Shown in pieces: positions 29,137-38,694 of a DNA stretch of 43,159 nucleotides. Under the pieces are notes generated by a model, which searched no databases, was not told the DNA's origin, and saw nothing but the letters and a program-made list of their open reading frames with translations. The position numbers were made by a program, and so were the translations under genes. The first letter of the stretch is position 1, and each line of letters starts with the position of its first letter. Source of the DNA: a virus (lineage: Duplodnaviria; Caudoviricetes); the IMG/VR virus record IMGVR_UViG_3300017785_002618, positions 1 to 43,159 of that record, one strand, 5' to 3'.

Positions 29137-31338
29137 TTAAAAAAGCCCTCCTTGTTCTCTTTTAGCATCTTCTAAGTTTTGACAAGCTAACTCCCAGTAT
29201 TGAGGCTTTAATTCTGCCCCTAAGAATTTTCTTCCCATCTTTACTGCCATATAACCCTCTGAGCCAATTCCTGTAAACGGAGAAAACACTAGATCATCCT
29301 TTTTAGTCCACAAATGAATACAACGCTCAATTACATCAAGCTGAAGTGGACACATATGCTTAGTGTCGTTTTCATCTCTTGCTGGCATTTTATTAAGAGT
29401 TTTTCCTTGGTCAATATCAAACCATACTGGGCTTGCGTATTTTTGCCACAATGAAACGGGAAGGTCAGATTCATCTGAATGAGTAACTCGATCTACTACA
29501 TCGCCATCTTTACGCATGGTTACTACATAATCAGGAAGTCCCATACGGCTCATAGTAGAGTTCTCGCGAATGGTCTTATGAAGCAATCCTAGCGCCTTGG
29601 TGCGTTGCATAGCAACTACTGGGTCTTTCCAAATAGCTACCTCAGAATGATATATAAAGCCCTCATCTTGAAATGATCGGATTAAATCACCCCTAAAATC
29701 ACGCAATCCAATATATCCCTGTCTGCCTTTGGTAGTTGGCAGATTCATGCAATGAAACGATACATTGTGTCCAGGCTTAATAATTCGATACAGCTCTTTA
29801 ATAAGATATTTAAACTGATTGACGAACTCTTGATCGTCTTTGCAGTTTCCCATGTCATAGTCTGAGTTTGAATAAACAAATAAATCAGCAAATGGGGGGC
29901 TAAAAATTGAATAATCAATGGAATTTGATTCGATTGATTTTGCCAGTTTTACACAATCGGACAGGTGAACTGTATATCCCTCTCCATGCTTAACATCTTC
30001 TTTGTATTCATCCACAATATTTACCTGTCCTTTTAATTCGTTATTCATAATGTCTTTCATGTGTTCAATCATGTTTTCGCTCATTTTGTGATGATTTGAT
30101 TCTTTTCGCTTTAAATTTTGCAAAATTTGCCCTTCGTTTTCTGCTACAAATAAATGAACTTGAAGGTTTCTTTTTTGACCAAAACGATAGCATCGTCTAA
30201 CGGATTGATAAAATTTTTCAAAAGAATCATCTAAACCCACAAAAGCCATGCGAGCACAATGCTGCCAGTTAAGGCCATATCCAGCGATCTTTCCCTTGGT
30301 AATTAAAACCCTAATTTTTCCTTCGGAAAATGCAATTAGATTTTTTTCTTTTGATTCAGGGGAATCTGATCCTTGAACATTAACAGAATCAGGAATTAAC
30401 GATTTTAATAAATCAGCCTCATCATTAAGGTGAGTCCAAATAATCCAAGGCTCATCATTTTGACTGTTTACTAAATTTGCTAATGCTCTGCATCTTGCAT
30501 CTAAGCTATCTCTTTGTGCTTTTCTGCGTTCTTGTAAAGTGCTTGCCGGCTTTGTAAATAAATCGCCACCTGAAATATCAGTCTCTACAATATGCTCAAA
30601 ATATTCAGGTTTAGGTATAGCATCATAAGCAGATCCATCAAAACCAATATCGCTGGGGTTTCTTACAACAACTGCCCATGTTCCCATCCATTCCCAAAAT
30701 CTTGATTTTCCCCACCCCTTTAAAACCCAAGTGCCTGTATCGCCAGCATCATTTTTAAAATAAGTGGCTAACATTTCGCTTGATGTCATTACCCCTAAAA
30801 ATTCGCATTGATTTCCCAATTCCACAAAATCATTCGGGCTTGGTGTTGCTGTGCAAGATAAACGATAAGGCACTTTTTGAGATGAATCAATAATTTTTGC
30901 TCGTGTTTTTCCATCGTGAGACTTTAAAATGGATGATTCATCCAAAACCAATCCCGATAACTGGGAAAAGTCAATATTATCCATGCGCTCATAATTTGTA
31001 ATCCATACGCCATTATGAGAAATAGAGCCATCGTGAGGCACTCTATTAACTTCAATACCAAACTTATCCCCCTCTCGAATGGTTTGATCTGAAATAGCCA
31101 ATGGCGCAAGAATTAAAACCTTGCCTTGGGTATGACTTGCCACTTCATCAGCCCATGACAACTGCATACATGATTTTCCTAGACCAGTATCGGCAAAAAT
31201 AGCTGCACGACCCCTACGCACTGCCCATGTAACTATGGCGTGCTGAAAATCAAATAAATTCTCATTAAGCGCCTCTGGATTGTGTCCGGTTGCTATTTCT
31301 TCACGGCGCTTATTTTTGACAAAATCTTCGTATTTCAT
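29137..31338 (-). CDS. Fusion of an SF2 (SNF2-like) helicase domain with an amino (N4C/N6A) DNA methyltransferase
   Basis: DTGLGKS, LDESS, TATP and Q..RRCYRFGQ helicase motifs, then FSPPF (motif IV) preceding FSPFTGIGS (motif I), the beta-class order. Confidence 0.88.
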   Translation of the reverse strand: MKYEDFVKNKRREEIATGHNPEALNENLFDFQHAIVTWAVRRGRAAIFADTGLGKSCMQLSWADEVASHTQGKVLILAPLAISDQTIREGDKFGIEVNRVPHDGSISHNGVWITNYERMDNIDFSQLSGLVLDESSILKSHDGKTRAKIIDSSQKVPYRLSCTATPSPNDFVELGNQCEFLGVMTSSEMLATYFKNDAGDTGTWVLKGWGKSRFWEWMGTWAVVVRNPSDIGFDGSAYDAIPKPEYFEHIVETDISGGDLFTKPASTLQERRKAQRDSLDARCRALANLVNSQNDEPWIIWTHLNDEADLLKSLIPDSVNVQGSDSPESKEKNLIAFSEGKIRVLITKGKIAGYGLNWQHCARMAFVGLDDSFEKFYQSVRRCYRFGQKRNLQVHLFVAENEGQILQNLKRKESNHHKMSENMIEHMKDIMNNELKGQVNIVDEYKEDVKHGEGYTVHLSDCVKLAKSIESNSIDYSIFSPPFADLFVYSNSDYDMGNCKDDQEFVNQFKYLIKELYRIIKPGHNVSFHCMNLPTTKGRQGYIGLRDFRGDLIRSFQDEGFIYHSEVAIWKDPVVAMQRTKALGLLHKTIRENSTMSRMGLPDYVVTMRKDGDVVDRVTHSDESDLPVSLWQKYASPVWFDIDQGKTLNKMPARDENDTKHMCPLQLDVIERCIHLWTKKDDLVFSPFTGIGSEGYMAVKMGRKFLGAELKPQYWELACQNLEDAKREQGGLF

Positions 31339-31340
31339 AA

Positions 31341-31402
31341 ATTCTCCTTTTTGATTAAGTATTAAGACTATACCACACTTTTTTAGAAAAAGTAAAAATT
31401 AT
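31341..31402 (-). promoter_or_regulatory. Sigma70-type promoter plus RBS, copy 1 of a 62-bp exact repeat
   Basis: Minus strand TTTACT-N18-TATAGT with extended -10 TG, then AAGGAG; identical to 38270-38331. Confidence 0.75.
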
Positions 31403-31544
31403 TTTTATTAAAGTCCCTGCTGTTCTCGGATACGCTGGCAGGGGCAACGCTCAAATCACTATTATGCCCTACGGAGAATCAAAGATTGTAATAGGGTAGT
31501 GCCAAGAACTAAAATTAGTATATATTACAACTTCAATTTATCCA

Positions 31545-32111
31545 TCATACTTTTTGAAGGTTTAATTCTTTAATTTTTTGACGAAAAATCACTTTTAAAG
31601 ATTTCATGTCATCTTTTGTGTAATTTCTTGGGGTTTGATCTGAAATTAGATTATCAAATTCTTTTTGACCTATTCTAATTGGAAGGTTAATTGCATATTC
31701 CCGTCCAGCACCGCCAAAAAATCTATTGCATTGCATACATTGAAGATGAATATTTCTAGCGTCAAATCTTAAATGGGGAGCGCTACCTACCGATCTAAAA
31801 TGTCCAGCATCCCATGCTGGTGATTGCATTGTTCCACAAGTAATACAACCATACCCAGCATTATGATCTCTTGTGCGAATGTATAAATTTACTATTTTTT
31901 GCAATTCCGCTGCTACTTGTGATTTTGACTTTAGGTTTTCCCTGCGATTTTTGATCTGCTCTCGCTCTAGCTTTTCAGCTTTTCTTTTATCTTTAATAGA
32001 TTTTTGAATTGCCATTCTTTTTCCATAAGGAATAGCACACTCAACTGAACAGGTTTTTTGTGTAATTCTGAGCTTTTTAAACTCTTGCCTGCACTCAGCG
32101 CAACGGGTCAT
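31545..32111 (-). CDS. ninG: NinG/Rap-like recombination endonuclease
   Basis: CxxC...CS..CA, YIR.RD, CITCG, DAGHFRSVG..P.LRF...NIH.QC..CN motifs. Confidence 0.9.
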   Translation of the reverse strand: MTRCAECRQEFKKLRITQKTCSVECAIPYGKRMAIQKSIKDKRKAEKLEREQIKNRRENLKSKSQVAAELQKIVNLYIRTRDHNAGYGCITCGTMQSPAWDAGHFRSVGSAPHLRFDARNIHLQCMQCNRFFGGAGREYAINLPIRIGQKEFDNLISDQTPRNYTKDDMKSLKVIFRQKIKELNLQKV

Positions 32112-32557
32112 CCACGCACCCCAAACTGAACGCCGAGTTCAGTAGCGGCATAAGACTCTATTTTATTTAAATATTGAGCAAATCCTTTAACCGTTAATTG
32201 GGCAGTGCTACCAATTAAAATTCGATTGCCTTTTGGGTCAAAATCCCACTTTTTATAGTTATCTTTTGTAATCCCATCTATAAATTCTTCTGGCAAAAAT
32301 TCTTTTTTTAGAAATTCATGCCATACATCAATCGTATATGTTTTTTTGTTTACAAATGCTTGCTCTGCAATATCTTTAAGTGGTCCAGCCCACATTAAAG
32401 CGTTTTGAGATAGCTTACGGGGCTTTAACCATTCTCTAATCAAAATTTCAAGTGGTGCTTCTGAATCAAGTGGTAGGCTCTTTGCTTTTGTTAAAAGCGT
32501 ATTCAACTGAATCTCGCCTCTGAGCAAAATCTGAGTGGTTGGGTATGGCTGTCTCAT
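32108..32557 (-). CDS. ninB: NinB/Orf-like recombination protein
   Basis: R.LSQNALMW...L.DIA.Q, W...K, GST..L....F..YL..IE motifs; adjacent to ninG. Confidence 0.8.
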   Translation of the reverse strand: MRQPYPTTQILLRGEIQLNTLLTKAKSLPLDSEAPLEILIREWLKPRKLSQNALMWAGPLKDIAEQAFVNKKTYTIDVWHEFLKKEFLPEEFIDGITKDNYKKWDFDPKGNRILIGSTAQLTVKGFAQYLNKIESYAATELGVQFGVRG

Positions 32558-32585
32558 TACTCCCATCCCTTAGCATAAAAACTGG

Positions 32586-32912
32586 TTAAATTGCTTTTAC
32601 TTCCTTTATTACATTTTCCCGAGTTGGCGCATTGAGTGTTTGTGCAATAATTTTGAACATCAACTCCTGATTCGTTTTTGATGGCCTCATGTCCTTTATC
32701 GCTTGGGCGCAAGACTGGAGATTCTGAAAATCGTATTTTTTTGTCCACTTGACACATCTATGTTTTACTCCTAAGTTATTTGATTGAATAAAAGCCACAA
32801 ATTGCTTATTGGCTTGTATACATCCATTATCTTTAGCAAAATTAAAACAGTCAAGGCAATAATTTCTGTTGTCTAAAAAATTCAAAAAACCCCCCTTAGT
32901 ATTAATTAACAT
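32586..32912 (-). CDS. Hypothetical protein with possible Zn-binding motif
   Basis: D.R..C.DC.NF....GC...HRC pattern. Confidence 0.55.
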   Translation of the reverse strand: MLINTKGGFLNFLDNRNYCLDCFNFAKDNGCIQANKQFVAFIQSNNLGVKHRCVKWTKKYDFQNLQSCAQAIKDMRPSKTNQELMFKIIAQTLNAPTRENVIKEVKAI

Positions 32913-33152
32913 CTCAGTCTAAAACCCCCTGCTAACTACCCTGCACTTTGGTGGGACGTACTCAGCCTACCTACAACTAAGTAGGAGGCCTTTAACGTCA
33001 AGCTGCACTTCGGAGCCTTCGCACTCGTAAGCCTTTCGTGGTACTGGTGCTTACTTCGCCGCCAGTTAAGATATTTCAACCACTTCCCTCAAGTATCTCG
33101 TTCCCCCATTGCGCTACGATGTCGTTAGAGCCGCCACAATGGATTTTTTGGC

Positions 33153-34001
33153 TTATCTTTTAGCCCTTACCTCCATAATTTTTTTACAAACGGCTGTAAG
33201 CCCTTTTAGTTGATGTAAATCGTTCGCATCACCAATTTCATCTGACATACAAAAAGGCAATCCGGTTTTTACGGCGCACTTTTCCCCAGCCTGACTAATA
33301 TCGTTATCTGCAAACACATAAGTAGTTTTTGGGTTCATAGACTTAGCTATTTCTACCAAATTCCCATCTGAAAAACATACAAGCACAGAGGCGCTTATAC
33401 GCATCCTATCAACCGCCATCTTGATAGATAGTCCAGTTGCATAACCTTCACATAAAATCGTCTCCAATGCTTTATTTGAGCCAAATCTAAATACAGATCC
33501 CTTGGCTCTCATTCCGTACATCATCTTTTTTTGGTACTTTCTATCATCTTCAATCCACTTAATTGATTGGATGCCCTGTAAAGTGCCTGATAATGACTTC
33601 ATTGGAATAATTAAAATGTCATCCTCTGTAACCAATCCCTGAGCCTCAGTAAACCCTTTATAGCTTAAATAACCATGATTTTTAAGTGTGCATGACTGAA
33701 TGATAATCTGAGCATCTTTTGATGCTTGCTGATATTTTCTGTCTATCGCCTCATCTTGTAATCGTTTTCTTCTAGCCCATTCCTTTTTTTCGGCTTCGCT
33801 AAATTCTTTAATTTTTCCACCAAAAACATGAACAAGATCGCCATGCTCCCAATTTTGAACCCACCCAAATTTACCATTGAATCGATAAGCCCCATTTTTG
33901 GACTTTGGATGTAATGTAGTTCCCGTTCTGATTATTTTGTCAGAAATAATCAAGCTATCTATTTCTACGCCATGACCTCTAGCAAATTGAATAAAATTCA
34001 T
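33153..34001 (-). CDS. TOPRIM DNA primase (P4 alpha / TraC-like)
   Basis: H.YL..KG, LIIPM, CEGYATGLSI, FADND and GDANDLH motifs. Confidence 0.88.
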   Translation of the reverse strand: MNFIQFARGHGVEIDSLIISDKIIRTGTTLHPKSKNGAYRFNGKFGWVQNWEHGDLVHVFGGKIKEFSEAEKKEWARRKRLQDEAIDRKYQQASKDAQIIIQSCTLKNHGYLSYKGFTEAQGLVTEDDILIIPMKSLSGTLQGIQSIKWIEDDRKYQKKMMYGMRAKGSVFRFGSNKALETILCEGYATGLSIKMAVDRMRISASVLVCFSDGNLVEIAKSMNPKTTYVFADNDISQAGEKCAVKTGLPFCMSDEIGDANDLHQLKGLTAVCKKIMEVRAKR

Positions 34002-35524
34002 TATGACTTCCTAGATGATTTTGCAAATCGGATATTTAGGCTTCTAATTTTTCCGTAAACTGCGGCGCTAATTTCTGCCGATGGGCTAAAAGTATAACTT
34101 CTAGGCGGCCACATTCCAGTTATATTTTTGTATAAATTAGATGCTCTTCCAATTTGCTTTTCTGGCGATGAATGTTGAGCTGAATAAGTACAAATTTGCG
34201 CCCAAAGATCTGCATGAGATTGTGCAAGTTGCTTTTTACCTGCCATAACTGGCATTTCTAAAGACATCATCTTTCCAGGCAAATGCTCAATTAAACTTGG
34301 TTTAATAAACTCATAACCACAAGCCATGCACCGCTTAAAAAATGGTTTATTACCGCAAGATGGGCATCCCTTGGATTCTTCTTTTTCTTCGCTTGATTCT
34401 CTGACAATTTTATCAAGTCTAAAGCCATCATCAAGACTATCAAGCCCATTAAAATAAAAGTCTGTAAAGTCCTCTAAAAATCTAATAATGTTTCCTGAGA
34501 AATCCATAAGCAAACATTCGGTTTTTCCAGTTTTGGGGCTTGATCGTAAGCCACGACCCCACATTTGGATTGCAGTAGATAAAGACTTTCTAAGAGGACG
34601 GCAATCCACAACACATTCTATGTCTGGCTGATCGAATCCTTTTGCTAATTTTTCAACTGACAATAAAACAGTAATATCCCCATTATCAAAATCTTTAAAT
34701 AACTGCTTCACTTCATCGTCATCTGTTTCAGAAGTAAGAGAAGCCGCCATAATTCCAGCTTCAGTAAACTGACGGCACATATCATCGCAATGAGCAATCG
34801 TAGCCCCAAATACAATGGTTTTCTTTCCATAAGCGTGTTCAGTCCATTCTCTGACAACATTTCCAACAATCTCATGCCCTCGTTTTGTTATTTCTTGTGC
34901 ATCCCATTCTCCAGAAAATGTAGTAGATGCGCCATCCATATTTATTTTTGTGGCGCTAATTACTCGCATTGGAACCAATACCCCAGACTGGGTAAGTTCG
35001 TGCATAGATGTAGCATTTACTAGATTTGAGTAAAGTTTTCCCAATCCTTTACTAAATGGGGTAGCTGATAGCCCAATGACTGCGCCATCAAAATTAACTA
35101 TATGATCGCTTACTGCTGAGTAAAGGGAATGGCACTCATCTACTATGATTAAATCGGTATCGTGCCATCCTCGCTTCGCCAAAGTTTGAACACTAGCTAT
35201 CTGAAATGGCAAAGAATTATTCCTAAGTTCATGTTGGGCTTGAATAACGCCATGAACTAAACCTAAAGACTTAGCAACCTTACTGGTTTGCTCAATTAGT
35301 GCAGTCCGATCACATACAAAAGTGGCTTTTTTGCCTTTTATTAAAGCGTTGGCAATAACATGAAGTGCCATTAAGGTTTTTCCTGATCCAGTAGCGGCGC
35401 AAACTAACTGCCTTTTATGGCCAGATTTAAAGCCCTCTCTAAGCATTTCATGGGTTTTTATTTGAAAGTCCCGCAATGGCGGGAACTTATCAAGCGAGTA
35501 TGTCGGTTCAAATTCTTGAAAAAT
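34001..35524 (-). CDS. SF2 DEAD/DEAH-like DNA helicase with C-terminal Zn finger; probable ATT start at 35524 (ORF track start is TTG at 35476)
   Basis: LRDFQ, ATGSGKT, DECH, SATP, QMWGRGLR and CPSC...CMACG motifs. Confidence 0.88.
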   Translation of the reverse strand: MFQEFEPTYSLDKFPPLRDFQIKTHEMLREGFKSGHKRQLVCAATGSGKTLMALHVIANALIKGKKATFVCDRTALIEQTSKVAKSLGLVHGVIQAQHELRNNSLPFQIASVQTLAKRGWHDTDLIIVDECHSLYSAVSDHIVNFDGAVIGLSATPFSKGLGKLYSNLVNATSMHELTQSGVLVPMRVISATKINMDGASTTFSGEWDAQEITKRGHEIVGNVVREWTEHAYGKKTIVFGATIAHCDDMCRQFTEAGIMAASLTSETDDDEVKQLFKDFDNGDITVLLSVEKLAKGFDQPDIECVVDCRPLRKSLSTAIQMWGRGLRSSPKTGKTECLLMDFSGNIIRFLEDFTDFYFNGLDSLDDGFRLDKIVRESSEEKEESKGCPSCGNKPFFKRCMACGYEFIKPSLIEHLPGKMMSLEMPVMAGKKQLAQSHADLWAQICTYSAQHSSPEKQIGRASNLYKNITGMWPPRSYTFSPSAEISAAVYGKIRSLNIRFAKSSRKS

Positions 35525-35549
35525 TTTGATTCTCCTGTTTTGATTTTTA

Positions 35550-36389
35550 CTATTCTACCCTTACGCCTTGCGCTATTGCCAATTCTTTTTCCAGCTCTTT
35601 AATATGACTTGCTTGCTTATCTATTTTTGATAATGCGGCTTTTAAGCGTTTAGAATAGTCTGCATTGGCAAATTGTAAACCATCATTTTCACGCTTTAAA
35701 ACCAAATTCATAGCTTCTTTTTGTTTAAGACGCTCCATTAAATCGGCATTTTCAGGATTTTCTAACCATGCCTCAAATTCGGATTCTTGCGCCAAAATAT
35801 CAGCATTTGCTTGATTTTGTTCTTCAATAGATAACTCAAGTATTTGAGGTTTTTTAGGTAGCAGTTGAGGGGCTACTTGTTTTGTAGCTTCATTTAAAGA
35901 TACCTCACCAGCTGCAACTTTGCGACCAAGATCAGGGTCAGCCTTTACGACCGCATCAGCTTTTCTTTGAGTAGACTTGCTTGCGCCTGATTCATGCGCT
36001 CTATCTGAGATAGTTTGCAATGTGCTATTAGTAGCACATTGGGAATTTTGTGCTTTAAATGCAGGATTTCCTACTGATTGAGCATTTTCCCAGTCAGCCA
36101 TACTAGCAATAATCGCCGCTTGCTGACCTACCGATAAATGCCGACGATGCAAGTTTTTTGATAAAACAAATCCAATAATACTATCTCCATCAAACTTTTG
36201 AAAAATTGGATCAATTCCAGCTTCTAAACAAGCCCGATACCTATTACCTCCATCCAAAACCATATTATTAAATATAGTAATAGGCTCTCTAAGTCCGCTT
36301 TGTTTAATGTCTAAAACCAAAGATTCAAATTCTGCGCCTTCAACTCGTGGAAAAAGAGTGCATAAAGGATGCAATTCGTAATATGTCAT
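35550..36389 (-). CDS. ParB/Srx N-terminal domain DNA-binding protein
   Basis: HPLC.LFP, L..DIK..GLREPI, LDG.NRYRAC and NLHRRHL...Q.A motifs. Confidence 0.82.
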   Translation of the reverse strand: MTYYELHPLCTLFPRVEGAEFESLVLDIKQSGLREPITIFNNMVLDGGNRYRACLEAGIDPIFQKFDGDSIIGFVLSKNLHRRHLSVGQQAAIIASMADWENAQSVGNPAFKAQNSQCATNSTLQTISDRAHESGASKSTQRKADAVVKADPDLGRKVAAGEVSLNEATKQVAPQLLPKKPQILELSIEEQNQANADILAQESEFEAWLENPENADLMERLKQKEAMNLVLKRENDGLQFANADYSKRLKAALSKIDKQASHIKELEKELAIAQGVRVE

Positions 36390-36406
36390 TTTGTTTCCTT
36401 TTTATG

Positions 36407-37153
36407 TTAAGTTATCTTGTTGTTATTGCAAATTAAAGAACCACCTACTTTTTTAGGCGCTCCTTTTAGGGTAGTTAGATGGTTGTTAGAGCAACCGAAA
36501 GTATCGCCTACTTTTTTAGGCGCTCCTTTTAGGGTAGTTAGATGGTTGTTATAGCAATAGAAATCACCACCTACTTCTTCAGGCGCACCTTCTAACGTAG
36601 TTAGATCGTTGTTATTGCAATAAAAAGTATCGCCTACTTTTTTAGGCGCTCCTTTTAGGGTAGTTAGTTGGTTGCCAGAGCAAAAGAAAGAACCACCTAC
36701 TTTTTTAGGCGCTCCTTTTAGGGTAGTTAGATGGTTGTTAGAGCAATCGAAATCACCACCTACTTTTTCAGGCGCACCTTCTAACGTAGTTAGATCGTTG
36801 CCAGAGCAAATTAAAGAAGCACCTACTTTTTTAGGTGCGCCTTCTAACGTAGTTAGCTTGTTGTTATCGCAAATGAAAGTATCACCTACTTTTTTAGGCG
36901 CTCCTTTTAGGGTAGTTAGTTGGTTGTTATAGCAATAAAAATCACCACCTACTTTTTTAGGAGCACCTTCTAACGTAGTTAGTTTGTTGTTAAAGCAAAA
37001 GAAAATACCACTTACGAAATTGAATTTAGCAGGTAGTTTTCCACATTTCTTTTTTAAAACTACATCACCTTCTACCGAGTAAAAACCATCTTCAAAAGTT
37101 ACATTTCCCGTTACTTCAAATCCTAATGCTTCTAAATTTTCTTTATAGTTCAT
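36407..37153 (-). CDS. LRR-like variable repeat protein, copy B (47-aa cap + 9 x 21 aa + 12 aa)
   Basis: GGxFxCxxNxLTTLxGAPKKV units; 63-nt period. Confidence 0.9.
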   Translation of the reverse strand: MNYKENLEALGFEVTGNVTFEDGFYSVEGDVVLKKKCGKLPAKFNFVSGIFFCFNNKLTTLEGAPKKVGGDFYCYNNQLTTLKGAPKKVGDTFICDNNKLTTLEGAPKKVGASLICSGNDLTTLEGAPEKVGGDFDCSNNHLTTLKGAPKKVGGSFFCSGNQLTTLKGAPKKVGDTFYCNNNDLTTLEGAPEEVGGDFYCYNNHLTTLKGAPKKVGDTFGCSNNHLTTLKGAPKKVGGSLICNNNKIT

Positions 37154-37208
37154 TTTAATTATCCTAAGTTTGATTATCGCAAAAGAAAGAACCGCCTACT
37201 TTTTTAGG
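37130..37208 (-). repeat. 79-bp perfect inverted repeat of 41715-41793, the core of the inverted two-gene LRR cassette
   Basis: Reverse complement reads CCTAAAAAAGTAGGCGGTTCT...CAAACTTAG GATAATTAAA ATGAACTATAAAGAAAATTTAGAA. Confidence 0.9.
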
Positions 37209-37841
37209 TGCTCCGTCTAATGTGGTTAGCTGGTTGTTAGAACAATAAAAAGTACCACCTACTTCTTTAGGCGCACCTTCTAACGTGGTTAGCTGGTTGC
37301 TAGAGCAACCGAAATGACCACCTACTTTTTTAGGCGCTCCGTCTAGGGTAGTTAGATTGTTGTAAGAGCAATCAAAATCACCACCTACTTTTTTAGGTGC
37401 TCCGTCTAGGGTAGTTAGCTTGTTGTTATAGCAATAGAAATCACGACCTACTTTTTTAGGAACACCTTTTAGGATAGTTAGCTGGTTGTTAGAGCAAACG
37501 AAATTACCAACTACTTTTTTAGGAGCACCTTTTAGGGTAGTTAGTTGGTTGTTAGAGCAATAGAAATCACGACCTATTTTTTTAGGCGCTCCGTCTAGGG
37601 TAGTTAGTTGGTTGCCAGAGCAACTGAAAGAACGACCTACTTTTTTAGGAGCACCTTCTAACGTGATTAGCTTGTTGTCAGAGCAATAGAAATCACCACC
37701 TACGAACTTGAATTTAGCAGGTAGTGTCTTACATTGCTTTCTTAAAACTACATCACCGTCTACTGAGTAAAAACCATCTTCAAAAGTTACAGTCCCCGTT
37801 ACTTCAAATCCTAATGCTTCCAAGTTTTCTTTATGATTCAT
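37164..37841 (-). CDS. LRR-like variable repeat protein, copy A (47-aa cap + 8 x 21 aa + 10 aa)
   Basis: Same cap and repeat consensus; ends GGSFFCDNQT like copy C. Confidence 0.9.
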   Translation of the reverse strand: MNHKENLEALGFEVTGTVTFEDGFYSVDGDVVLRKQCKTLPAKFKFVGGDFYCSDNKLITLEGAPKKVGRSFSCSGNQLTTLDGAPKKIGRDFYCSNNQLTTLKGAPKKVVGNFVCSNNQLTILKGVPKKVGRDFYCYNNKLTTLDGAPKKVGGDFDCSYNNLTTLDGAPKKVGGHFGCSSNQLTTLEGAPKEVGGTFYCSNNQLTTLDGAPKKVGGSFFCDNQT

Positions 37842-37853
37842 TTTTTTTCCTTT

Positions 37854-38129
37854 TTAAATATTGTTTTCTACTTCTCTTTTTGTGCGATCTTCCCAATACT
37901 CATAAAGAGTAGATGAAAGCACAACTCCAGCAGCAGCAGTATCACCTTGCCTCAACAAACTAGCCAAAGTTTCCCATTTTTTCTCAAATCCATCATCAAA
38001 AAAACAATCTTTTATGTTTTCCGATGAATATGGGTAATTGCCATTTTTAAGCTCGTAATCAATAATTGCCTCAATTTCCTCAGAATCATCATCTTCGGGT
38101 TCATAGTATCTATTGTTGTTGTATGTCAT
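37854..38129 (-). CDS. Acidic hypothetical early protein
   Basis: ATG at 38129 with AAGGA RBS; MTYNNNRYYEPEDDDSEE... Confidence 0.75.
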   Translation of the reverse strand: MTYNNNRYYEPEDDDSEEIEAIIDYELKNGNYPYSSENIKDCFFDDGFEKKWETLASLLRQGDTAAAGVVLSSTLYEYWEDRTKREVENNI

Positions 38130-38145
38130 ATTTTTCCTTTTTTGA

Positions 38146-38265
38146 TTAAATAAACAATTTACCAAGCAACGCGTATGCAAAAGAAGTCCCAAAAAATACT
38201 CCAGTTACTACTACTGCAAGCCATTCAATTAGATCGTTCAGAAGTTTTTTATTTTCTTGATTCAT
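38146..38265 (-). CDS. 39-aa single-transmembrane peptide
   Basis: MNQENKKLLNDLIEWLAVVVTGVFFGTSFAYALLGKLFI; directly after promoter and AAGGAG; read manually. Confidence 0.7.
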   Translation of the reverse strand: MNQENKKLLNDLIEWLAVVVTGVFFGTSFAYALLGKLFI

Positions 38266-38269
38266 TTTG

Positions 38270-38331
38270 ATTCTCCTTTTTGATTAAGTATTAAGACTAT
38301 ACCACACTTTTTTAGAAAAAGTAAAAATTAT
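38270..38331 (-). promoter_or_regulatory. Sigma70-type promoter plus RBS, copy 2 of the 62-bp exact repeat
   Basis: Identical to 31341-31402; upstream of the operon leading to LRR copies A/B and the replication genes. Confidence 0.75.
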
Positions 38332-38344
38332 CTTCAATTTTTAA

Positions 38345-38683
38345 TTAAACAACACACCCAAATAAAGCCGCAGTAATTGGGTCTCTTACAAATTTTGGCG
38401 ATTTATTGCTCTGCTTTTTAGTTGATCTAGTAATGTACTTTGATTTGATCGGGTTAATTGAATACAAATAAATATACGAACCCCTAACAACTCCGTCAGG
38501 ATGCATCAATTTTTTTGTGGATTTCACTCGCAAAAATACTACATGATGCTCTTTTGACCTTCCTCCATTTAAATGGCGATGAACTGTTAGTTCGTTAATT
38601 CCTGTATTTTTTGCAATATCAATTACCGATTGATTTGGGTTAAGTTTGACGTACTCGTACACTATGTTAAATACTGATTCCAT
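38345..38683 (-). CDS. Putative winged-HTH DNA-binding protein
   Basis: V.EYVKLNP.QSV.DIAKNTGI...TVHRHL; C-terminal RDPITAALFG. Confidence 0.6.
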   Translation of the reverse strand: MESVFNIVYEYVKLNPNQSVIDIAKNTGINELTVHRHLNGGRSKEHHVVFLRVKSTKKLMHPDGVVRGSYIYLYSINPIKSKYITRSTKKQSNKSPKFVRDPITAALFGCVV

Positions 38684-38694
38684 AAGTTCTCCTG

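Noticed and set aside
28959-29168. ORF between the methylase and terS
   Set aside because: Poor RBS, overlaps a promoter-like region and has no recognisable motif; a 58-aa version from ATG 29135 cannot be excluded
31413-31445. GTCCCTGCTG...TGGCAGGGGC hairpin as a terminator or ncRNA
   Set aside because: Single stem with a long loop and no clear U-tract on the strand where it pairs best
36672-36932. Antisense repeat ORFs (also 42243-42515, 40227-40439, 40436-40672, 37724-37912, 42845-43042)
   Set aside because: They are shadows of repeat genes on the opposite strand and lack RBS support
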